This document shows, in pieces, positions 1-10,606 of a stretch of 64,000 nt of DNA. A model generated the notes under the pieces. The model made no database searches and was not told where the DNA came from. It worked only from the letters and a program-made list of their open reading frames with translations. Source of the DNA: Amphiscolops sp. MND2022. Lineage: Eukaryota. How positions within the stretch are numbered: position 1 is the stretch's first letter; each line of letters begins with the position of its first letter. A program made the translations under genes and the position numbers. The stretch lies in NCBI GenBank assembly GCA_964187785.1, contig OZ076409.1, forward strand, positions 46,440,001-46,504,000, given 5' to 3'.

Positions 1-396
1 TTCATGCAATGTCCGGGTTATGAGTCACACTTATGTGAAATCAAAAAACGAAACTTTTTACTCATTTTTCGGCTTCAATTGCGAGTAATTGAGTTGGATA
101 TTTACACAAAAAGTGGTGTTTCATATTAAACAAACTTAATATAAAATATTACAAAATGCCTTTTTTTCTAACGAAAAACGACCAAAGAGTAAGAGAAGAC
201 AGTAAAACGGTTATTATCAATACTTACTCTTAACTGGCGCTGACAAGACGCCCGCTGACCAGCAGGATATTTTCCGTCCAAACTGTCCTAGCAACGACAT
301 AATTTTGAGGCTCTAAAGTAGCCAATGAAAATACAGAGAAGTTCGAAGAAAAGTAAGTTTTGACATATTGACAAGCTCATAATGTCACCCATTTTT

Positions 397-1136
397 AGTC
401 GGCGCCTTTTCCCTTAAGGAAAAAAGCCCGACTATTACAGTGGGTAGTTTTTTTTCTTTTTCAGCTTACAATCTCACTCTGAATGGTCCACTTTTTACAA
501 TTTGTTCATCTGTTCTGTTGTTCATCTTCGACTAAATTTCTGAAGCCGGAGAGCGGGGGTTCGATTCTCGCACTAAACCATAATATTTTTATGCTTCCAA
601 AAGTACAGCAGGTGAGACCAAAGGGTCCCCCCTTTGGGTTTTTTTTCGGCACTCTGCGACTTTTTTCGAAAATTTTCGAATGTCATCAAAGGGTACCCCT
701 TGCATTTTTTTGAAGTTTTCGGTTTGTAAAAAACGTTTATTGGGCCTAAATGACCTCTTTTTGGGTTTTTCGGCACTGTGCGACTTTAACCGAAAAATAT
801 ATATTTTTTTCAAATGCTTCCAATAGTTGTTTTCGGCTTAGTGAGACTTTTTTTCGCAAATTTTTCAAATGTCCCCAAAGGGTCCCACCCTTCATTTTTT
901 CCTATTTTTCCAAAGAATGGATGTTCAAAAACTCCCGAATGCCCCCCTTTACATTTGTCGGCACTATGCGACTTACCGAGGACCAAAAAAAATTCAAATT
1001 TTTTTTTAAAAAATTTATTTTTTTTCTATTTTTTCCTCACGTGGGTTTTGTAGAAGAGAATACCTGACACATTGAAGTCCTTTTGCTATTTTTGAGCCTT
1101 AGATATGGCGCCGACTTGGGCCGTTCCCGGCTTGTT
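397..1136 (+). mobile_element. Non-autonomous Helentron-type (HINE/DINE-1-like) element, family A
   Basis: T-run then AGTCGGCGCC (397-406); its inverted copy GGCGCCGACT (1107-1116); 3' hairpin GCCG-TTCC-CGGC; ends in TT. Related copies at 8367, 10210, 26305, 33034. Confidence 0.75.
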
Positions 1137-1514
1137 AAAGGTAACACCCGATTCGAGGACACACCCAATACCACGAGCTGTAAGGATACCAGTACCTAAC
1201 CTACCAAATTATGATTTTATACAAAAAGCCACTAAAAAATTCAGAATAAAAAGATGAAACTTTTGATTTTGGTTCATTCTTATTGTATTATTCTACCTAG
1301 CCTCGACAGTTTTTTTTCACAACTTGCTAAAACTTTGATTTGTCACTTGATTCAGACGTTCTTTCGCATTTCTATGCAAAACATGTTTGTAAGAAGTAGG
1401 CTGAGGTTTTAGTTGTCCTCAATTGAGGACAAATGGTACCCCGATGCTTGATATGTATCACTAAAATTGTCAAAAAATATGCAGTTGAAAACTTTATTGC
1501 AGTATGAAATTTTA

Positions 1515-3160
1515 CTATTCCAAACTGTATGGAAAAGTTTGAAACAATTATTTCGATCATTGAGACACATCGGAACGTTGCATTTCATGCACATCCAGCG
1601 AGATTTTCCACCACACGACTTTTTTGAAGGTCCATATAACGACATCTGGTGGCATTTTTGTTGCTACAGTGAACAGGAAGATGCCCGTCGGAACCGCGTT
1701 GGGATGGTACTGGTACGGGTTGAATTCTTAGAATATCTCCACTGATGATTCCGGAGCGCGTTTCGAGTTTTTTTCGCATGAACTGATATATCGTCAGTGA
1801 AAAGTATAGTGTATTCGAATAGGCGCATGGGTTTTCTCGGTCGAACCATATATTTATGGCGGCAAGTCTGAAACAATCTAAAATTACGCGGACAGTCCAC
1901 TTATTTGTCCTGTGTGCGAAATGTGGAAAAAGTGCAAGCATACGATCCATAAGATCCACAACACCCATGTTCGCATTGTATTCGCCACGGAATCAGATTG
2001 TCTGAAGGTTTTCTTTGCTTTCTCCCTTTCGTCCATATTTTGAATGATGTCTCGGGGTCAGCTGCGTGACAGGAACTCAGCAAAAGAACTACGCGACTAT
2101 CTTTCCATTATGTTGATGCTGTGTCCTCGCTTCGATTCTAAGAGACGCGACGAGCCTTTCTGCACTTTCTGGCAAAATTTTGTCTCTCCGACTTTTCGGT
2201 ATTCTGTTGCGTTGAACGGCTCCTGTCACGTTCAGACTTTGTTCATGAAGATACTTGAGAACTCCCGGGCCATTGAAAAACGGTCCAGATAAATCGTGCA
2301 TCCTTTTTGAACATTCTCACAGCTGCTTCCCCTTGGGGTTTGGCAGCTAGTTTCCCCTCAAACGTTCTTGCACCTGTGTACGGAATGAAGTTCAGAATGG
2401 TTCCCGAGGGATCGACGAGACAGAAAAGTTTGAGCCCAACAGGATAGGGTTTGGGTTTGATGACAACTTTGTTTGGCATTCCACCAGTAAAAGGAACAAT
2501 CTGTTCATGTATACATAAGTTTTCCGGGTTTCGCGGTATTTCTGACATGGTACGCTTCATTTAGTCCAAAACCGGTCGAATCTTCCAGAGCGGATCCCTC
2601 TGTTTTGGGAAAATATTTACGTCCACGTCGCAAACGCATTTCAAGTTAGCTCTGACTTTGAAAAAAAATAAGTTTGTTTGTACATAAAATTTCGCGCTCC
2701 AAAATCTCCAAATTCGTTGGCAAAATAATGCTTCAGCCTGTAGGCTGTGCAATTTTCTTGATGAATTGCATGGGAAAGTAATCAAGGAACATTTTTAGGA
2801 GTATTTTCGAGTTGACAACGGCAATGGATGATTCATTCTGGAAATAATTTTGATCGAAAAGTAGAAGTCGTTGTTCTGCTTCGAAATATTGTAACAATCA
2901 CTGGCCACTTCTTTCAATTTTTTCAGAGGAATGAGGTCCGATAATGCTTCTTCCTCTCCAGAATCAGAATGGGAACTCAATTTCAGCAGCTGTTGATAAA
3001 TCAAATGAATCGCCAGTTTTCCAAGATTTCGTTTGTTGAATTGTCAATATCGGGTAATTAATTCCGGCTTCACTGCCCAAACTTGTCTCAAAGTCCGATT
3101 CATTGGATCAAAATCGTTTTCCCAATCAATATAGGCGAGAATATCTTGCCATGAAGTCAT
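1515..3160 (-). pseudogene. Decayed piggyBac (PGBD/DDE_Tnp_1_7) transposase
   Basis: Fragments in several frames: RDPLWKIRPVLD; CIHEQIVPFTGG..KPKPYPVGLKLFCLVDPSG; MGVVDLMDRML; C-terminal Cys-rich domain CGGKSRWMCMKCNVPMCL..NNCFKLFH. Multiple frameshifts and stops. Palindrome GTCCTCAATTGAGGAC at ~1415 with a near copy at ~3272; true termini not found. Confidence 0.9.
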
Positions 3161-3895
3161 TTCAAATTGTAAACAAAAGTGACCTTCAGTTCTCGTGACG
3201 GAACAAGAAAACAGAAAAAAGATTATAAAAGTCACTTAATTGTAGTGATTTTATGGTTCAAAGTCTGAAACGTCCTCAATTGAGACCAACTTAAGCTGAC
3301 AATCTATAATATAATAAAGGAAAGTGTCTCTGTCTCGGCTCAGAGTGACTGATGAATGTTATGTAATACAATACGAATACTTCTCGGCTTCTACTCGAAG
3401 AACGATGATTATGTAATCGAATAAAACAGTAAGAACACTCAAAATGGTCAATATTAGTAAAACAACGTATCGAAAATAAATTCGCATCAGAACTACAGCC
3501 TGTCAATCATCAATACTAACAGTCAATCTGAGAACAATCTTCACCCCTTTTTTTAAAAAAAGACTGACAAACCAAACAGACGACCAACGACAACACCACC
3601 AACTATGTGCAAACAGAATTGAAAACCATTTTCTCCAGAAAGCATTCATTTACCATATGGTCTTAAATCAACTCATTATATCCAATTCTGATCGCTTTAC
3701 GATTGTAAACCTACTGAGTCGCAAAAAATTTGTCAGCTAAAATGAACCAATAATCTTCTTGAAACCAATAATCTAGAAATGGCATAAACAATGCCAATTT
3801 AGAGAAGAAATGACGTTTCAATCTTCACAGTTGGATTTTTCCACCATTGATTCGAAAACCTTAAGCGTACAAATGATTGCGACTCCGGCAAAGAA

Positions 3896-4568
3896 ATGGA
3901 CCAGAAGTCTGAACTCAAGGAGGACGTGTCAAGGGCGAGAAGCCAAATTCTGGAGAACCTGCAGGCAACGCAAGACAGTGTTCAAGGGGCAAAAGAACGG
4001 TTTTCTCAAGCAGCCAGTCAGGGTTTGCCTCATTTTGGAGCGATGTCGCGGCCAGATCTGGAACATGCCACGCAATCACTCCTACAAGATCTAAAGAAGG
4101 TGAATTTCATCAATGTTCGAATGGCTACAACACAAAACATGGCCAGAATCGTGCGACTGGGACCACCCAGTGCAGGCGACATCAGAGAGTCGGTGAGGAA
4201 AAAGAAACCTCCGAAGCCTTTCCTTGCTCCGCCAGAGGCGTCTTTCAAACTCAAAAACAACAGCTCTGTTGACAAAGAAAGTGAAGATAAAGGAAGTGAA
4301 GGTCAAAAAAGAGCTTCCCGAAGTTCTGTCTCAGGGTGTGGTCACAGAAGAAATCGTAGACATTAGCAGTGACGACGTGACAGAAGCGAATACGACTGAG
4401 ACTTCGAAATCTCAAGCCCCTGACGTAGTTAGAAACAACGTGGAAATGGTGCGGAACATTGCGGACAATGAGCCAGGTCCGGGAAAAGGCGACGAGAGTT
4501 CTCAAGGCACAAGCAGAGTCGGCGAAGCGAAGGACCAAAAAGAGATACCTGGTGGTGAAGAAGATTGA
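3896..4568 (+). pseudogene. Orphan intronless ORF with one frameshift near 4250 (basic N-terminal part, acidic C-terminal part)
   Basis: Overlapping ORFs 3896-4366 and 4224-4568 lie in a GC-richer, coding-like island; CCAAT boxes upstream (3746-3798). No recognisable domain. Confidence 0.45.
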
Positions 4569-5032
4569 TGTTTTGTGTATGAATAGACTTTATGTTTTGA
4601 TATATTCTTTTATGTTCGCCTTTAACTGAAAAGAAGACATTGGTATTACTTGAACTGAAGACTGAGAAAATGTTTTGTAGAAAGGATAGAAATGAGTAGG
4701 GAGCACAGGCCGCTGATTGGCGGTATCAGTCGAAATAGACACATTACTCAACCTAATAGGATTTGTCCTAATTTTTGGAAAATGACATACTGATCGAATA
4801 ACCATGATCGAAAGAGCGTTCTGTAACAATGATAAAAACAATTTGATCGAAATCCCGAGATCAAAAATACTGATCACCAGTGAGTTCAATATTCGGAAAC
4901 GGACACCGATCGAAACTTCGTCACTATCATTGATCACTATTAGATTTACCATTAGTAAAAATACAGCTGTTACCAAAATTGAGTAGACCAAAAGTTAATA
5001 CGATCTCAGTCTGTTGATCACCGAACTCTAAT

Positions 5033-5641
5033 GCCATGACTCACGACAAATGACTAACACCTTTGACTTGGAATCATGACTCACGACAATGGAAAGTGAC
5101 TCATGACTCACGAACCTTCTCAACCCTCATGACTTTAGCTCTCTTATGTCATGACTCATGTGTCCAACTGTGACTCACGACAAATGACTCACAAATTTGG
5201 TTTGAGATCATGACTCAGGACAATTGAAAGTGACCCATGACTCACTAACCTTCTCTAGACTCATGACATTAGCTCTCTTATGTCATGACTCATGTGTCCA
5301 ACTGTGACTCACAACAAACGACTCACATATTTGCTTGAGATCATGACTTTTGACAATTGAAAGTGACTCATGACTAACGGACCTCCTCATGACTCATGAA
5401 TAGGACTCTAATGTCATGACTCATGAGTCCAACTGTGACTCACAACAAATGACTCACACATTTGGCTTGAGATCATGACTCACGACAATTGAAAGTTACT
5501 CATGACTCACGAACCATCTCAAGACTCATGACTTCAGCTCTCTTATGTTATGACTCATGTGTCCAACTGTGACTCACGAGAAATGACTCCTATTTGCTTG
5601 AGATAATGACTCACGACAATGGAAAGTGACTCATGACTCAC
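5033..5641. repeat. Tandem array, ~133-bp unit, ~4.5 copies, rich in TGACTCA
   Basis: GTCCAACTGTGACTCAC recurs at ~5161, 5295, 5426, 5560; about 5 or more perfect TGACTCA per unit. Confidence 0.9.
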
Positions 5642-6017
5642 AACTACATTTTATGCTTCCGCTACACCAAAACCTCTCGATAAGTCAAGGTACAAAATGG
5701 AAGAGTTCATTCAAAATCGGCGTAAACTTCTATTATAAAAAAGGCCCGCTGCGGGGCACAGTAACATTTCTTACGGCTACAATAATCACTTCAATGGTCA
5801 AAAATAAGAACATATCTGAAATAACTATACACTCTTGTTGATTCACTCTATAGCGCGCAATCAGTCACTTTATCGCCTTTACAGTTAAATCAGTTTACAC
5901 CGCGTTTGATTCTCACTATAGGCATAAACTACAAGACGTATACGACGTTTTCACGTTCGTATTTGAATGCAGGCGAAGCTCTCGGTGAATGAATAATTGA
6001 CACTCGGTCGCTTCATC

Positions 6018-6440
6018 TCAATGAAAGCGTTGTATCGCTGCTAAAAGAATTGTCGACCAAAACGGGTGGAACGACAAACGTCTGGAAAAAAAGATACCAC
6101 ATCGACGGCTTCTACAACACTCCAGATTACGCCGATTTAAAATAAGAAACCCTGCCAGGCTTGTAATCAGCAATTCAGGGAAATACCAACCGACGAAGAC
6201 AGACTGGTTCCAGCAATCATTTTTCATGTCGGGAAACTTTCTCACGAAAATCTTCGCAATTCCGGCACTCATCTCCATATCCTCCGAGACGCAATGAGCA
6301 AGGGACTTGTTGGATGAGAAGAGGTCAGCATTTTCTTGCTGCAATCTGGGCTCAACGTCTTTTCGAAACTGATACGATTTCTCAAACTCTTCCACGTGTT
6401 TCCGCTGGCAAAACATGAACATGTTATCGATAATTTCCAA
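6018..6440 (-). pseudogene. Truncated TARG1/OARD1-like macrodomain ORF
   Basis: ADLFSSNKSLAHCVSEDMEMSAGIAKIFVRKFP matches the macrodomain motif GDLF...SLAHCIS-D--MGAGIA--F. Similarity ends near 6190 and the C-terminal half is absent. Confidence 0.75.
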
Positions 6441-7049
6441 ATGGGAGTATCAAACGTGACTGCAACTCTACTCACGTGATTGGCTAAATACTCTTCCTTC
6501 CAGGAATTGCCACTCGAATTACTGGCAGGCTAAAACAATGAAATTGGTGAATTAGAAAGTTAGCAAGGGCCATTGAGGTTGGAATACAATTTCAAGAAAA
6601 AAGTAACATGAAAGCAGCATCAAAATTCGAAAAGGTCTCCATACGTATACATATTACGTATAAACAATGTAAAATAAATACGTATTATAAATACATATTA
6701 AGTGTAATGATTGAGTTTATATTATAATTAGATGTCCGAAAATATACGTGTTTACAAGTTTACATGTGTTTACAATAAGTGTTTACAATACGTGTAATGT
6801 TTGAAATTATACCATAGCATACATTATGTACACGTGTTTCAACTGGTTTGTTACTGTTAGCTGTTACTGTTTATAAAGTCAAATTTACATAATAATTCAT
6901 TTGAACAAAGTGGGAAAACAGTGAAAGTTATCACCAACTACTTGCACACTTGGATTTTTCTTCACGTTGAACGTGAATTCCAGTCAAACTTTGTACCAGG
7001 TTAGTGTAAAATAAATCAGTCGGAAAATATTCAAAACGTTGAAAACATT

Positions 7050-7270
7050 AGGGCTAATCAAAGCGTCGAAAGAATTACATGGCAGCGATTACTTCCAGGT
7101 TATTATTTGAAGAGGTTAGCATATTTATTGTATGGCTCGGTCGCTTCGCCCCCTCGGCCAAGTAGCAACATTAGAGGCATGGCCATATGGCACGTCGCTC
7201 TGCTACACTTCGCTCCTGCATTTGGGGCACTAGGGGTATGTGAGGATAGCTGATTACATTATCATAATTT
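7050..7270 (-). repeat. Dispersed 'core X' repeat without terminal inverted arms
   Basis: Reverse complement of ~11185-11395 (the centre of the foldback MITE) with no ATTACGCCCAA arms. Confidence 0.85.
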
Positions 7271-8185
7271 TATCGTCGCTTGTGCTGTATTCATTTTACT
7301 GAATTTAATTGGCTTATTGAATGAAATTTTGGTCACGTGACGATGACACGCAGTATTCACTGCGTGTAAACTGCTTTCGACGCTTTGAATATTTTACGAT
7401 TTGAATAGTCCCCTGTAGAAAGTGTAAAAGTGGTCACCTACTGCATTTTGATCACTACGCTTACCGCAAAATCACACACTGTAACGAGCACAAAGCATCT
7501 AACGCGTTTTGAAAGGAATAACGCGTTTCTATTGGCTGTTAATCGAATCAGCAAGATCTTGCTAGTTCTTTTCGGCATATGTATCGTAATGATAAACCTT
7601 CACGATCAGAAAAATACGACGGCACATAATCTTCTGAATTTCGTTTATTGGAATATTGATCCCAGACTTCTAACTCTTGACTCAAATACCATTTTCAGAA
7701 ATTTGAAACATAGAAAAAAAATGGGATAATGTGTTTAAAAACTTATTGACCTGATACCAGTGACGAGATTACTGATGTGATCTGAGGTTACCTTCCATAG
7801 ATCAAGATAACATTGAAATCTCGATCAAGGTGATGATACTATAAATGTTTCTAGAACTATCATGTCAGCCTCTCCAACTAACTACTCTTGTTTCAAGAGA
7901 TCGAGATTTAAAATTGCTGTGACGTAAATGAAAAATAAAATGCGCTTAAACCAACGTGGGTGAGATGAAAATGGACCAATTTTTCTCGTAAACGGTGATA
8001 ACCTTGAGCATTTCTATTTGAGGGAAGTTCCAACGCGGCGAAATGCCGAACCTCCAAAAATGAAAAATGGATCCCAACCAGAACAAATTCTGTTCATCGT
8101 GCATACTGATTGGCTGATAATTGAAATCGAAATGAATTCATTAGGTTGAAAACAAGTATTGGATATTGTTTTGTATATCATAACA

Positions 8186-8350
8186 GTCAGCTATGTTCAC
8201 ATACCCCTAGTGCCCTAACTGCAGGAGCAAAGCAACGTGGCAATACTAGTCCAACGGCTGGTTTTGAAGAAGGCCGACCTCTGGAGAGGAGCGAAGCAAC
8301 CATAAAGGAGAAAAGTCACATGAACACATTCAACCTGCTATTTACCTATC
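8186..8350 (+). repeat. Divergent variant of the core repeat
   Basis: Starts GTCAGCTATGTTCACATACCCCTAGTGCCCTAACTGCAGGAGC like core X; the middle differs. Confidence 0.7.
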
Positions 8351-8366
8351 TATTCAGCCAAATGGG

Positions 8367-9119
8367 AAACAAGCCGGGAACGGCCCGCGTCGGCGCCACG
8401 CTCGAAGTTCAAAAAGTAAAGTTTTTTAACTATGCAAAAGGACACTATTGTTAAAATTTAACAAATTCTATTGTTCCAAAAAGTACCCGAAGGGATATGC
8501 ACATTATGGCATAAACGAAATCCACATTTTCAAAACCGGAGACGAGAAAACATATTTTGCTCCACCTAAAACCTCTCAAAAACGAAAAATTGAGGGGAAA
8601 AGTTTTGGAAATTCTTTCGAAAAATTTGATGGAGGTCTCCGGTAAGTCGCTTAGTAATGACAACCCTGAGGAGTCCTCTATGCTCGCAAACCGTTTCGTT
8701 TCTAGTAAAAGGCGAGGGGGCTTCGATAACGAATTAGAAAGTCGCATAAAAAACGCTGATTTTTCCGAAACCAAATTTGGATATTGCGTGCGGAAACCTA
8801 ATTATAAGACGATAAATAATCAATTTGAAAAATCTCATGCCGAAAATTCTAAAAGAAGGACCCTTTGAGCTTCTCGAAAATCCAATTTGTTGCAAAATAC
8901 CAAAAAATTGAAGAGTGACCCTTTGGAGACATCAAAAAATTTTCGGAAGTCTCACAGTGCCAAAATAACAAGCTACGTCCTTCTGCTTTTCAGGCCTCAA
9001 AAAACCCGGTTTGACAACAACTTTAAAACTTACAAAATCTGTCAGTTCATCGGTCTTGAAAAAATTTAAAGAAGTCACTGCTACAGTCTGATCTTTCTAC
9101 GAAAGCGCCGACTAAAAAA
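8367..9119 (-). mobile_element. HINE family A copy
   Basis: AACAAGCCGGGAACGGCCC..GTCGGCGCC at the left end and GCGCCGACTAAAAA at the right end: reverse orientation of 397-1136. Confidence 0.75.
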
Positions 9120-9499
9120 CGGATAACTCTTCCATATTATTATTATTATTCGCATAGTATGCGTTTAATGAATCGACACCCTACTTCGCAAACTTCGACT
9201 CTCTCTTGCGATCAATCAAGTTGAGCAAAATAATCAAATCAGTGGATGAGTCAATCGAAATGGATAAAGTGGTACTTGCAGAAAGTTTCAATCATAAAAA
9301 ATCGAAAGTGTTTCCTTTTAATTAACACCTTCCGAAATTTTTTTCACCAGTAATGTTTATGAAAATTCATCTTTTGAAATCAATATTTCTAAAGCAGATT
9401 CCCATATTGATAAGTTGGATCAGTTTCCAGTACCAAGACACCAATGTTCGTAGAATAATCTGTTTTTTGAATTGTTTTCCGGGACTATTTTGATTTCAG

Positions 9500-10110
9500 T
9501 GTTCTGGACATTGAACGAGTTCTAGGTGGCGATTCTGTGTCCTATGGGCCAGAAAATGTTCTTTCATTTGTTTCTAAATCGTGTTCTACTATTTTAGCAC
9601 CAGCATTTCAGTCCTAGCATGTCAAGAGCAGTTGTGTTTAGTAACCCTCTGAATGGAAGCACTGTTTCATCACAGCTCTGCACATATCTGGCTCAACAAA
9701 TGATGTAAAAGTTACAGACCAATTAGCATCTTGAGCAAATAATCAAAACTGTTCGAATGCCCTTTTTAATTTCTAGTTAAAAATCGGATCTCATCTTGTC
9801 AGCATTTTCATGGAACAAAACTAGCATAACTACTCACAACTATATTTACCTTCTTCAAAGTTTTATGTATACAAACGCGCCATGTGTAACTATCTACTTC
9901 AGCATTGCGAAAGCTTTCGATTCAGTTCCTCACGATGGTATTTTTAAAAAGTTGTTTGAATTTGGCCATCATAGAAAATTCTTGTTTCTTTTTGAATCCG
10001 ATACCTCAATGGGCGCACCCAAATTCGACGATTTGAAATTGTTGCTGTAACATCAGGTGTTCCTTAAAGGAGCGTGGTGGGGCCCATTTTATCCATTTTG
10101 TTTTTCAATG
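9500..10110 (+). pseudogene. Highly decayed non-LTR (CR1/L2-like) reverse transcriptase fragment
   Basis: IYFSIAKAFDSVPHD (cf. DFxKAFDxVxH); downstream GTAACATCAGGTGTTCCT...GGGCCC corresponds to VTSGVP(QGS)xxGP. Left boundary approximate. Confidence 0.7.
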
Positions 10111-10209
10111 AAAACTGAAGTCATACACAGTTAACATTATTTCCTCTATTGGGACAATCTGGGACAAGAATTTATCGAATATTGCTGAATAAACGGAAGC
10201 TGAGTTTTC

Positions 10210-10606
10210 AACATGACGGGAACGTCTAAAGTCGGCGCTATATCTAAGGCTCAAAAAGCGCAAAGATTTAAAATAGTAAAAGGGGGACCCCTTTGGGCTT
10301 TTTGAAAATTCAGTTTGTCGCAAAATATCAAAAAACTTGGGACCCTTTCGAGGCGAAAAAAAATTCGGAAAAATGTCGCACAGTGCCGAAAAAAAATCAA
10401 AGGGGGGAACCTATAGTCTCGTCCGGTTTTGTATCTTACGTTAAAAATGGAGTAAATGGAAGGGGGATCCTTTGCACTAACCTAGATGGGTTTCCGGTTG
10501 CCTGTCTAGCAGTTTGGTATTTCTGTAAAAAGTATCCACTACGCATACATTCTGTTGTCTGACGAATAAAACTAGTCACTTAAAAGGAAAAGGCGCCGAC
10601 TAAAAA
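10210..10606 (-). mobile_element. HINE family A copy (short)
   Basis: ACGGGAACGTC..AGTCGGCGC at the left end; GGCGCCGACTAAAAA at the right end. Confidence 0.7.

Noticed and set aside
483..1067. ORFs in HINE copies (also 8448-9069, 10105-10562, 33104-34133)
   Set aside because: Chance F/K-rich frames in non-coding repeats.
1130..3300. piggyBac TTAA TSD and TIRs
   Set aside because: No matching TTAA-CCC...GGG-TTAA pair found; only internal palindromes.
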